A DNA stretch of 64,000 nt. It comes from Candidatus Nanoarchaeia archaeon (GTDB taxonomy: Archaea; Nanobdellota; Nanobdellia; SCGC-AAA011-G17; GW2011-AR17). Below are positions 9,449-19,439 of this stretch, piece after piece; within the stretch, counting starts at the first letter, position 1, and each line of letters begins with the position of its first letter. The stretch covers positions 4,912-68,911 of the forward strand of contig JBAZYQ010000001.1 in the NCBI GenBank assembly GCA_041659245.1, given 5' to 3'. The notes below the pieces were generated by a model. That model ran no database searches. It was not told the origin of the DNA and was given only the letters and a program-made list of their open reading frames with translations. Made by a program: the position numbers and the translations under genes.

Positions 9449-11314
9449 TTAGCCTGTTAGATTATATACAATATACTCTCTATTTTTTGTGATTAGTGGA
9501 AATTCCAACTCTTTGTCTTTATTGAATATTGCATATGAAAAGTGGAACTTTTCTTTTAAGATTTGCAATTGCGTTTCATTGAGTGTAGTATAATACTCGT
9601 TAAGATGTTGATTTTCCCCATAGGTTCTGTCATCCAAGGTGAAATGGTTATTTGTTACATTTATAATACGGATATACCACTCTACCATATACCTGTCATC
9701 TAAAGGTATTGTTTTAAAATCAACAACAATAGCCCTATTGAGGCATAATCTCCATTGCTCTTCATCAGGCGGTGTTAAAAATATAGAATTTATAGGTGTA
9801 TTCTCTTGTGCAAAAAGGCAGATTTCTTTCATTTCCGGTTCAAAATCTGATCTTGCATTTAAAGGTGATATCTTAAGGTCAACAAACGAGATTATTACCA
9901 ATATTGCTATTAAAAGGAAAATAATCTTTTTGTTTTTAGGATATATAATCAAAGCTGAACATAAAAGGTAGATAAAAAAGATTATAAATGCTGGCACCAA
10001 TAGGCTTTTAATCAGGGATATTTTTTCTTGTGAAGTTAAATATCTTAGCAGGGTTGGAAATGTAAAATATAGCAATCCTCCCAAGATAATGGCAATGGCA
10101 ATGCCTGCAAAAAGAAAATATCCTCTGTTTATTTTAATATAATTGTTCTCTTTTAGTTTTATAAAAATAAATATTAATGCCAAGAGAATAAATAAATACC
10201 TTAAGACAAATGTGGCAAAAGAGAATATGAATAATAAAGCAAATAGTTTTAGGGGAATACTTTTGGCACTTGCCCATAGCTCATAAGCTTCATTAAAAAT
10301 TATAATATATGAGACCATGAACATGAAGGCAACAGCCCGGAACATATGAAATAAAGCAAAGGACGAGATTGGAATTATTTCTACAAATATATACCCAGTG
10401 ATAGCATATAAAATGCATATTATATAAGATACATAAAATACAGATTTTTGCTTGAAGTTATTATCTCTTAAAAATAACAATCCCAATACTACCAGAAGTA
10501 TGGTTGCAACAAAAAGACTAAAATCCCAAGAGCTTGGCAGGCAATGCCATGGATGCCTGAATCTGGCAACTATGTGGGTAATCAGGCTCTGGTCTGTAAA
10601 CCTTGAAGAAATTAGCAGGCCTTGGATAAGAGCAGGTGCACCTATTATTATAAAAGATATAGGTTTTATCAAGTAAATAAGATTTGATTTGGTAAAAATA
10701 GGTTTGCGTATGTTAATGAAAATATGTATAAAGTAGTATATTGAGAAACACATAAGTCCTGTAATTGTATGGAATATTGCTGCCAATCCTAATATGGCAA
10801 ATCCGCTTACAGTCTTATTCCGCAGTATAAGGTTTAAGGAAATAAGTGCAAAACACCATGAGATAATATTTGGGGTAAGGATGCTGTCAATAAGATTAAT
10901 GGAACCTAAAAATGATGTTTGATACGCCATGATAAAAAACAAGCTAAATAAGGCTGATTTTGCCTTATTTTTATAAAAATAATCTGCAAGATAGAATAAG
11001 GATAGGGCAATCCCCTGTGTAAACAATAAGGTTAATAAAAAGAAAGTAACTGACAGGCTGCCTATTATTTTATATGTGCAAAGGACAAAATAGTTAAATA
11101 TGGATCTAATATTAAATCCTTCCATTGAATTGGTATACCAGTCATTAACAAGGTAGCTTGTATCATTAATGCGGTACATATTTGGTAAATATTGATTATG
11201 GTTACCGATGCCATAACCGCTATATATGAAGATAAATAGAACTGTGACGCAGATAAAGCAAAATATCTCAAATCTGTATTTTTGCAGTATATTCTTAATA
11301 TAATCAGACTTCAT
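9449..11314 (-). CDS. Polytopic membrane protein, GT-C-like glycosyltransferase candidate (DUF6798-like C-terminus)
   Basis: About 13 hydrophobic segments, external N-terminal loop (NHNQYLP...NDWY), RFRHPWH, soluble C-terminal domain ENTP.NSIFLTPP...RAIVVDFK.IP....EW. Confidence 0.6.
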   Translation of the reverse strand: MKSDYIKNILQKYRFEIFCFICVTVLFIFIYSGYGIGNHNQYLPNMYRINDTSYLVNDWYTNSMEGFNIRSIFNYFVLCTYKIIGSLSVTFFLLTLLFTQGIALSLFYLADYFYKNKAKSALFSLFFIMAYQTSFLGSINLIDSILTPNIISWCFALISLNLILRNKTVSGFAILGLAAIFHTITGLMCFSIYYFIHIFINIRKPIFTKSNLIYLIKPISFIIIGAPALIQGLLISSRFTDQSLITHIVARFRHPWHCLPSSWDFSLFVATILLVVLGLLFLRDNNFKQKSVFYVSYIICILYAITGYIFVEIIPISSFALFHMFRAVAFMFMVSYIIIFNEAYELWASAKSIPLKLFALLFIFSFATFVLRYLFILLALIFIFIKLKENNYIKINRGYFLFAGIAIAIILGGLLYFTFPTLLRYLTSQEKISLIKSLLVPAFIIFFIYLLCSALIIYPKNKKIIFLLIAILVIISFVDLKISPLNARSDFEPEMKEICLFAQENTPINSIFLTPPDEEQWRLCLNRAIVVDFKTIPLDDRYMVEWYIRIINVTNNHFTLDDRTYGENQHLNEYYTTLNETQLQILKEKFHFSYAIFNKDKELEFPLITKNREYIVYNLTG

Positions 11315-11436
11315 TTTTTATATTTACAGCGGATAAGTTTATAAATTTACCTAAGAATAGATTATTTTATATAGTTGATTATTATGTTTAACCAAATTAT
11401 TTTTCTAGCATTATCCTTATTTTGGAATATATAACA

Positions 11437-12876
11437 TCAACTGGACTTTTTCATGCTGCTAATCAATGCCATTGCCCCATTTATGTAAACCTTTACCCTG
11501 TCTTTTGAGCCAAGATATTTGAGCTGCCTCAATATAAATTTTGGGCGTAAATAGAAGCTTCTCATTGCATATTTCTGGAGCTCTTTGAGCTCTTCAGCAT
11601 TTCTGCCTTCAGGCATGTAAACAAGCTCCTTGTTTGACCATCCGGCCCATGTTTGATAATTTTCCCATTGGAATGACTTTAGTGTTTTGTCTTTCTTTGT
11701 GATTTCATATAATTTTGTTCCAGGATATGGCACTGTTATAGTGAATTGCACCCAGTCAGGGTCAATTTCCTTTGAAAAACTGATTGTCTGCATGCTTTCT
11801 TCCTTTGTTTCAGAAGGCAAACCGAGCATAAAGAATGCTTTTATCTCGATTCCTGCTTCCCTTGTCCATTTGAATGCATCCCTCACCTGCTGCAGCGTTA
11901 TTCCCTTATCTATCAAATTCAGCAACCTCTGGTTTCCGCTTTCAACGCCGTAATGCATGCTCCAGCAGCCTGCTTTTTTCATTATTTTCAGCAGTTCTCT
12001 GTCAACAAGATTTACTCTTGTCATGCAGCTCCATTCAAATCTCTTGTTTAATCCCAGCCGCATAATCTCATTGCATAATTCAATAACGTGCCCTCTGTCT
12101 ACTGTAAAAGTATCGTCCCTAAATATTATGTCTTTTGCGCCGTAATCATTCAGAAGAGTGTTTATTTCCTCAATTATTCTTTTCACAGAATGCTTTCTGT
12201 AAACTCTTCCGGAAACTTTTGAGCAGTATGCGCATTTGAAAGGGCATCCTCTTGAGGCAAGTATAAGATAGCTTGGAAGCCTTTTGAAGTATGTTGGCGC
12301 CGGAGTATATTTAGCCATTGGCAAAAGATCCCTTGCGGGCAATGGAATGGAATCAATGTCTGTTTTTATCTCACGCGCAGGATTTATCGTTATTTTGCCG
12401 TTATTTCTGTATGCTATGCCTTTTATGCTTTCAAAATGCTTTTTTTCTGAAATTGCGTTAAGCAATTCCACTATTGTGTCTTCAGCTTCCCCGAAGCAGG
12501 CAAAGTCGATGTTCTTGTTTTCTTCGAGGGTTATTTCAGGAAAAACAGTGACGTGAGGACCGCCGGCAATAATCTTTGCTTTTGGAAGTGTCTCTTTTAC
12601 AAGGCTGATTATTTCCTTTGCGCGAAGATACATTGGTGTAAGTATAGACACGCCCACAATATCAGGATTTGATTCAATAATACGTTTTTTTAATTCTTCA
12701 GTGCTGATGCGCACAGCGGCAATGTCCAATATTTCAACGTCAGCCGCTTTTGCTTCTCTTATTACCGCAGCAAGATAAGCCAATCCCATTGGCTCGCACA
12801 TAGGCCCCACCTTGCCAAGATATTTACCGTATCTTTCATCAAGCGTAAGCCCTGGCTGAATAAGCATAATTTTCAT
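11437..12876 (-). CDS. Cobalamin-binding radical SAM protein (#2)
   Basis: Start trimmed to ATG 12876 (MKIMLIQPG), which has TATTTAAATA upstream; PMGLAYLAA, GGPHVT, GEAE, SRGCPFKCAYC, YGVESG, PYPGT. Confidence 0.92.
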   Translation of the reverse strand: MKIMLIQPGLTLDERYGKYLGKVGPMCEPMGLAYLAAVIREAKAADVEILDIAAVRISTEELKKRIIESNPDIVGVSILTPMYLRAKEIISLVKETLPKAKIIAGGPHVTVFPEITLEENKNIDFACFGEAEDTIVELLNAISEKKHFESIKGIAYRNNGKITINPAREIKTDIDSIPLPARDLLPMAKYTPAPTYFKRLPSYLILASRGCPFKCAYCSKVSGRVYRKHSVKRIIEEINTLLNDYGAKDIIFRDDTFTVDRGHVIELCNEIMRLGLNKRFEWSCMTRVNLVDRELLKIMKKAGCWSMHYGVESGNQRLLNLIDKGITLQQVRDAFKWTREAGIEIKAFFMLGLPSETKEESMQTISFSKEIDPDWVQFTITVPYPGTKLYEITKKDKTLKSFQWENYQTWAGWSNKELVYMPEGRNAEELKELQKYAMRSFYLRPKFILRQLKYLGSKDRVKVYINGAMALISSMKKSS

Positions 12877-12995
12877 TAGGAACTGAAAGTGTGTTTCATA
12901 TTTAAATAGTTTCGGGATAATAGTGGCAAACATTTAGTAATATATAATTTAAAATCAAATAGCCTTAGAGGATCAAAACATAATAACTCTTTTAT

Positions 12996-13871
12996 TTATT
13001 TTTTCATATCCGCTAAAAATCCAAAGAATAATATTTGGAGACCAGAAATTATTAATAATATGCATAAGACTGTACTTGGCAGATGCCCTACTTTGCCTGT
13101 TTTAAAGAATAGCATGGTAAGCCAAAGTCCAAGTAATAATCCTGTGATAATAAAACTGCCTCCAATGCTCCCAAAGAATTTAATGGGGTTATAATCCCTT
13201 TGCACTCTAAGGATATTTATCCATGCTTTAAATGCGTATCCGAATGGATTCTTTATTAATTTGCTTTTTCCTTCCCTGGCAGAAAAATAGGTTGGGATCT
13301 CTTTCACCTTGAAATCTTCCGTTACTGCCCTTAGTATTTGTTCTTGGGTATAAGTATGGTTTGATATAATATCTAAAGATGCAACTTTCCTGTTAAATGC
13401 TCTAAAACCAGTCTGGCAATCGTTAATTTTATATTTTAATATCTTGGATATGGCTCGGGAGAAAGCGCGATTTCCAATCTTTTTTAATAAAGGCATCTTT
13501 TCTATGCCTCCGGCAAACCTGTCTCCTAATACCAAATCATAGCCCTTCTCAACTTCGTGTATTAATCTTGGAATGTCTTTTGCCTGGTATTGCCCGTCTG
13601 CATCTGTATGCACAATAATATCTGCGCCCATCTTCAGGCTTTTTTTAATTTCAGTTCGAAATGCCTCAGCCAGTCCCCTATTAGTAAAATGCGAAAAAAC
13701 AAACGCTCCTGCTTGTTTAGCAAGACTTTCTGTTTGATCTGTGCTTCCGTCATTTACAACAAGAAGTTTATAATTATATCTCTCCTTAGCCATTACATCC
13801 TTTATGTCTTTAATCACATGACCTATTGTTTTTGCTTCATTGTATGCCGGGATGGTAATTACAACTTTCAT
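12996..13871 (-). CDS. GT2 polyprenyl-phosphate sugar synthase with two C-terminal TM helices
   Basis: TIPAYNE, VNDGSTD, NRGLA, DADGQY, DCQTGFRA, REGKSK, two terminal TM segments. Confidence 0.9.
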   Translation of the reverse strand: MKVVITIPAYNEAKTIGHVIKDIKDVMAKERYNYKLLVVNDGSTDQTESLAKQAGAFVFSHFTNRGLAEAFRTEIKKSLKMGADIIVHTDADGQYQAKDIPRLIHEVEKGYDLVLGDRFAGGIEKMPLLKKIGNRAFSRAISKILKYKINDCQTGFRAFNRKVASLDIISNHTYTQEQILRAVTEDFKVKEIPTYFSAREGKSKLIKNPFGYAFKAWINILRVQRDYNPIKFFGSIGGSFIITGLLLGLWLTMLFFKTGKVGHLPSTVLCILLIISGLQILFFGFLADMKK

Positions 13872-13894
13872 ATTAAATCATCATTTTTGGGGTT

Positions 13895-15567
13895 TTATAA
13901 ACCTTTTGCAGAGTACATCTTAAATTCCCCAATCTGTTTTATCAGGCTGAGATTAAGCATATGCTTGGTATAAATATAGTCAACATGTTCACTATAGCTT
14001 TCCAGATTGCCGACTATAATTTTATCATTAAGCCAAAAGCCAATTATACTATTTGTTCTATTCCCTATATCGCGTTCATATATGCCTGTTTGGTTCAATT
14101 TTGAGATAATAGCCTCATCACGTTCATCTAGCAGATATACGGAATATTGCGGATCATATTGATTCATAAACATGCCTATTTGTACTTGGGGTCCTGCTGC
14201 CCAATATACCCTGGTATTGTATATTGTTACTGAATAAGCCAACAGTGAGATTAGAATAAAGAAAATAATTGAAAAATAAAATATGCGCTTGGTATGAGGG
14301 TATATCATCTTGTATAGTATATAAAATATCAATCCCAATATGGCTGCAAAAATAATCTGTGATATGAAAGAGGAATTAAATACTAATCTTATTAGTTCGG
14401 CTAAAATTCCCAGCCAGGACAAGGATAAATTATTAACCGGAAACAAAGGAAATAAATATAAGACTGAAGAGCAAAGAAGTAATGATACGATAATGAAAAT
14501 AGATTTCATATTAATTTTTGTAGGCATCTTTTCAAAGGCAATTATTCCTATTATTATGATTAAAGGCAATACTGCTTCGATATACCTTCCTATAGGTCTG
14601 CCTAATAACCAATTAGAATAGATTCCAACTTGTGCAGCTGCATTATGATTTGAGGCAATAAGCAAGGTTACAAATATGCATAGACCTGAAATAACCAACA
14701 AATAAGGGTATTTAGCTTTTGCTTTCAGCAGATTTAAAAATCCAATGGAATAAATGAAACCAGAACTTATTATCAAATAGCCGAGAGATATTAAAAACCA
14801 AAGCAGAATTGTGCCTATTTTCAGTCCATGGCTTGTTTCAAGACTATAGTACCCTCCTGAAACTGAATTAATTGAAAATCCAAATAAAAGCCCGTTTCGT
14901 ATCAGCCATAAAACGATGAATGGGATGGCTGAGATAATAAATACAAATGTTTTTTTGGCATTTAATTTAAAATCTTTGTCTTCCCAGGCCTTAAACGTAT
15001 AAGCCCCAATACCTACAAAAAGCAAAGCAATGCCGCTTACTTTTGTTAAGTATGATAAGCCCACAGATAGCCCTGCAATAATCGGCCATTTGTATCCTTT
15101 TGAGGTTACTGCTTTGTAAATTGTAAAAACTGAAAAAGGAATAAAGGATAATATAGGCTTTCGCTCATTATAAAAGGGGCAAATGCTAGATTTGAAGGCA
15201 ATACTGATACAACAACAGCCGTAAGAAATGCTGATTTATCCTCAAGAAATTCTTTTGCAAGAAGCCATGCGGGAATTATTATTAGTGAAGATAATAGTGC
15301 ATTAAGAAATTTCATAAAAATGTAAACATATTGCATATCCTTAAATTTATATGAAATTGAGATTAGAATGGGGTAAAGCGGAGGAAATTGCGCAGAAGGC
15401 ACACCATGTTCTGTAAATTCCTGGTCAAAATAGAAGCTCCTTGCTATTTTTGCATATGAATCTTCATCGCTATATCCTGATATTGTGGGCACAAATGAGG
15501 AAAACACAACTTTTACAATAACCAATGCTAGAAAAATCAACAAAAGCCGTTTTGTATACATTTTCAT
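13895..15567 (-). pseudogene. GT-C (PMT/ArnT-like) membrane glycosyltransferase split by a 1-nt frameshift (real lesion or assembly error)
   Basis: ORFs 15106-15600 and 13895-15064 join if one T is added to the T5 run at 15133-15137: ...MSESLYYPLFLF-SVFTIYKAVTSKGYKWPIIAGLSVGLSYLTKVSG... N-terminus has SDEDSY and QFPPLYP, typical of GT-C. Likely start is ATG 15567 after TTTATAAA. Confidence 0.8.
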
Positions 15568-15666
15568 TAGACTTAAATCAGTTATACTTTTTATAAACAT
15601 TATGAATTGCCTTAAACCTCCGGCATTATATTCTAATATGGATTATTAGAATGTAATAGAAAACAT

Positions 15667-16863
15667 CTACTTTCCTGCTATTTCTTTTAGTACTTTTTCA
15701 ATTGCTTTAATGTGTAATTTAGAATTCAACTTGGAGTGCACATAATGAAATGCATTGGCTGAAAATACTTCGGCTAACTTGTTATCCTTAAGAATTTTTA
15801 GTATTGCGTTTGCAAGAGCTTCGCTATTTGCCGGCTCCACAAGAATACCTGTTTTTTCATCAAGCACTAAATCCATAATGCCTCCCCTTGCTGAACCAAC
15901 AATGGGCCTGCCGACTGACATACATTCATAAATCACAAATGGCGAATTTTCCATCCAAACGCTCGGAATAGCAAATACCCTGCACTTTTCAAACTCATTT
16001 AGGATTTTGCTGTGAGGTATCTTTCCTGTGAATTCAATCTTATTAGTTAGCCCTAACTCTTTTGCAAGGCTTTCCAGATTTTTACGTTCAGGACCATCAC
16101 CAACAATGCGCAGGTGAGCAGAGGGATAATGAATTAATACTTCCTTGAATGCGCGGATAAGAAAATCAACCCCTTTGTTCCTGCTTAACAATCCTGCGTA
16201 TAGCACGAGCCCTTTTTGTGATTTTGCAAAATTCATCTTTGAATTGCCAAATTCCATGAAATTATGTATGCACTGCACGTTCCTAAAACCATGTTTCCTT
16301 AAGTCGGCAGCCAACATTTTGCTAGGAGATATAAACTGTTGAATTATCCTCTTAGTAAGCTTAATCCTTAATTTATTTCTTGGATATGCCATGAAGAAAT
16401 GCAATGGTTTTATGCATCCTTTTAGCATACATTTCAATGCAATCCCTTCAACGCCTTCACAAGGCTTAAGGCTTTTTTTGATAACACACCATGATGAAGG
16501 ACAAATCTGTCCCCAATCATGAATTGTCTGCACCACGGGGACTTTTGAGGCAGAGAGTGCAAGCAGAACAGGGATTGAATGGACATAATTATTGTGCATA
16601 AATACAACATTGGGATTAAACTGCTTGATAAATTTTTTGAGCATAGAATATACCCTAAAGTTAAAAACAAATTTGCCCAGACTTTTTTTAAGTTTATTTG
16701 ACGGATATGCAACTATAACCTTATTTTCTTCAGTTATGCTATTATCTTCGTATCCAAATAATGCCACTTTATGATTTCTGCCGAGTAATTTGGAAACAGC
16801 AAAAATATATGTTTCTGCACCGCCGCCTTCCTTGCAGGAATCATTTATTAATAGGATTCTCAT
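15667..16863 (-). CDS. GT4 family glycosyltransferase
   Basis: GGGAETY, TIHD, GLLSRNKG, VGDGP, PSVWMENSPFVIYE (EX7E). Confidence 0.92.
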   Translation of the reverse strand: MRILLINDSCKEGGGAETYIFAVSKLLGRNHKVALFGYEDNSITEENKVIVAYPSNKLKKSLGKFVFNFRVYSMLKKFIKQFNPNVVFMHNNYVHSIPVLLALSASKVPVVQTIHDWGQICPSSWCVIKKSLKPCEGVEGIALKCMLKGCIKPLHFFMAYPRNKLRIKLTKRIIQQFISPSKMLAADLRKHGFRNVQCIHNFMEFGNSKMNFAKSQKGLVLYAGLLSRNKGVDFLIRAFKEVLIHYPSAHLRIVGDGPERKNLESLAKELGLTNKIEFTGKIPHSKILNEFEKCRVFAIPSVWMENSPFVIYECMSVGRPIVGSARGGIMDLVLDEKTGILVEPANSEALANAILKILKDNKLAEVFSANAFHYVHSKLNSKLHIKAIEKVLKEIAGK

Positions 16864-16930
16864 AACTTAAAATTTATTTTGAGGGTATATAAATATAATG
16901 AATTTCTAAATTTAATTTATATAAAATTCC

Positions 16931-18133
16931 TTATCTCCCTATTCCAACATACGTCGTTTGCCTGGATATAACCTCTTTATCCAGGAAATTTCTGCCATCC
17001 ACCACAATCTTTGCTTTAGAATAATCCATATTCTTAAATTCAGGGTGAGAAGTCAATAACACAACAATATCCGTGCTGTTTATTGCCTCTTCAGCTGTTG
17101 CATTGCTCAAATGACACACATAGGGCTCATGTATAAGAAGATTGGCCTTTCTTTTCCTGAGCTCTTCTATAATCTCCAATGCAGGGCTTTCCCTCAAATC
17201 CTCAACTCCCCCCTTGTAGGCAAGCCCCATGATTCCTATTTTACTGCCTTTTACGCTCTTTCCAGCTTCATTTAGGGCATTAACGATTAAATCAACTGTG
17301 TGGAAAGGCATGGAATTGTTAATCTCCCTTGCAAGCTTCAGGAGCTTATGGTCGAATCCCAATGTATTGGCTTTTTCAATAAGATAATAGGGGTCTACTG
17401 AGATGCAGTGGCCACCTACGCCACAGCCTGGATAGTGGGCAAGGAAGCTGAATGGCTTTGTTTTTGCGCCTTCTATCACTTCTGTTATGTCAATTCCAAA
17501 TTTTGTGAATGATTTTGCAAGCTCGTTTACAAAGGCTATATTAACATCCCTAAAGGAGTTTTCAACAATTTTTACAGCTTCTGCTGCCTTAATACTGCTC
17601 ATTTCTTTCACAGGAGCATCTAAAATGTTCTCATAAAATGCCTTTGCGCGTTTGCAGCCTTCTTTTGTGGTTGCGCCAATAACCCTTGGGATGTTTCCAA
17701 CATGCCATTTTGGATCGCCAGGGTTAATTCTCTCGGGACAGTGTGCTATATCAAAATCAATGCCTGCTTTTAATCCTGCAGCTTCTAATATGGGCTGGAC
17801 ATCTTCTTCTGTGACACAAGGGTTGACAGTTGATTCCATTACCACCAGCATGCCTTTGTGCAATCCTCTAGCCACTTCATTGGATGCAGAGATTACGCAG
17901 CTCAAGTCCGGCTTTTTGTTATGGTCAACAGGCGTGGGGACGCAGATTATTGCAATATCCGAATTGGATACTGCATTTGGCTCATTGAGAATGATTCCAG
18001 GGAATTTTTGCCTTATTCGTTCTGCTTTGGAAGAATCAACCTCAATGCCATAGACCTTATAGCCTTTTTTGAGGCACAGCTCAGCCAATGGCAGGCCAAC
18101 GTAGCCAAGCCCTATAATACAGACACTTTCCAT
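16931..18133 (-). CDS. UDP-N-acetylhexosamine 6-dehydrogenase (WecC/WbpA family)
   Basis: GLGYVG, ICVPTP, ESTV, CPERINPG, KIVENSFRDVNIA, PGCGVGGHC, GLAYK...DLRESP; start trimmed to ATG 18133. Confidence 0.92.
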   Translation of the reverse strand: MESVCIIGLGYVGLPLAELCLKKGYKVYGIEVDSSKAERIRQKFPGIILNEPNAVSNSDIAIICVPTPVDHNKKPDLSCVISASNEVARGLHKGMLVVMESTVNPCVTEEDVQPILEAAGLKAGIDFDIAHCPERINPGDPKWHVGNIPRVIGATTKEGCKRAKAFYENILDAPVKEMSSIKAAEAVKIVENSFRDVNIAFVNELAKSFTKFGIDITEVIEGAKTKPFSFLAHYPGCGVGGHCISVDPYYLIEKANTLGFDHKLLKLAREINNSMPFHTVDLIVNALNEAGKSVKGSKIGIMGLAYKGGVEDLRESPALEIIEELRKRKANLLIHEPYVCHLSNATAEEAINSTDIVVLLTSHPEFKNMDYSKAKIVVDGRNFLDKEVISRQTTYVGIGR

Positions 18134-18264
18134 GTCCAAAATGAACTTTTTAAGGATATTTAAGGATTATGGTTCTATACTGTAGAATACAATTTTTGCA
18201 TATTTAATTTTCCCCTATGCTTGTCTTCGAAAGATTTATAACTCATCCTGTCTACACAAATAAA

Positions 18265-19284
18265 ATGCAATACGCTTATACTCCTGAGCCAGGCATATGT
18301 CCATTATGCGGCTCAAACAATGCAAAACTATTATACGAGATAGACTCAGAGGATGTAGCAAAAAATTTTTTAGTTAAAGAGAGAGATCCTCAAAAATTTG
18401 AACAGTTGGTAACAAATGTAAACAACACCTGGAAAAGTACAACTTGTAAAGTTATACAATGTGATAACTGCGGATTATGCTATACAAATCCTTTTGTTGC
18501 CGGAGACAATGAATTTTATAACTTAATATACGGCGGAACCGGCAAATCCCGATGGAAATGGGAGTTTGAAGTAACTTTCCAGAAAATAAAAGAAATTATG
18601 GGGGGAATTAATCCTAATGAAACTACTCTCTTAGAAATTGGCGCAGCAGACGGAACTTTCATTAAAAAAATATCTCCTTATTTGATACCTAAGCAAAATA
18701 TACTCTGTACTGATTATTCAGAAAATTGCAAAAAGTTAATTGAGCAATATGGAATAAAATGTGAAACAATTGATATAACCAAAACAAAAAATCCAAAATT
18801 TAAGAACAAATTTTCAATACTATGCATGTTTCAGGTGCTTGAGCATATGGACTCAATTGATTATTTTTTTAAAGCAGCATATTTCCTCACAAAGCCCAAT
18901 GCAGACATATTTATAGCAGTGCCAAATGATAAGATGATTGCAATACAAGAGCTTTATGGTGAACTGCTTGACGAACCGCCTCATCATACTTCCAGATGGA
19001 ATAAAAAATGCTTTGAGATAGCCTCGCAAAAATATGGATTCAAACTATTGGACTACAAGATTGAACCCTGCAGATTAATCCCTGCATTTAAACAGATTAT
19101 AATCTATAAATATAAACGAAAGCGCCAAATTAGGGGAAATATCTATTGCAAATCAGCATTGATAAAGAACAATAGATTAAGAAGAATAGCTGAAATTATG
19201 CTTGTAGCCTATCTTTCGATTACGAGCTTAACCATTCTACCTAAACTTCAGGGGAATTCCCAATGGGTTCATCTTAGAAAATAA
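18265..19284 (+). CDS. Class I SAM-dependent methyltransferase with N-terminal Zn-ribbon
   Basis: CPLC...CDNC, LLEIGAADG, FQVLEH, AVPN, PPHH; start trimmed to ATG 18265 after TTTATAAC. Confidence 0.85.
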   Translation: MQYAYTPEPGICPLCGSNNAKLLYEIDSEDVAKNFLVKERDPQKFEQLVTNVNNTWKSTTCKVIQCDNCGLCYTNPFVAGDNEFYNLIYGGTGKSRWKWEFEVTFQKIKEIMGGINPNETTLLEIGAADGTFIKKISPYLIPKQNILCTDYSENCKKLIEQYGIKCETIDITKTKNPKFKNKFSILCMFQVLEHMDSIDYFFKAAYFLTKPNADIFIAVPNDKMIAIQELYGELLDEPPHHTSRWNKKCFEIASQKYGFKLLDYKIEPCRLIPAFKQIIIYKYKRKRQIRGNIYCKSALIKNNRLRRIAEIMLVAYLSITSLTILPKLQGNSQWVHLRK

Positions 19285-19439
19285 AAATTCAATCTTAAGC
19301 TATACTTCCCTTTAAGTTAGTATAATCCCTAATGGATTATATGGCTTAATTCTCCCCACCTAATAATTAATTAACATTGAAGCAAATGTAATTATGGCGA
19401 AGAAACATTTATAAAGCTTAAATCTATATCATTCCTAAA

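Noticed and set aside
1500..11400. Apparent higher AT content suggesting recent horizontal acquisition
   Set aside because: Only a visual impression, confounded by membrane-protein codon bias; no flanking repeats or mobility genes. Needs GC and tetranucleotide calculation.
19295..19350. Intergenic inverted repeat TATAATCC-CTAAT-GGATTATA within a TTAAGC...GCTTAA frame
   Set aside because: Short, AT-rich and single-copy; cannot be distinguished from chance or a simple terminator.
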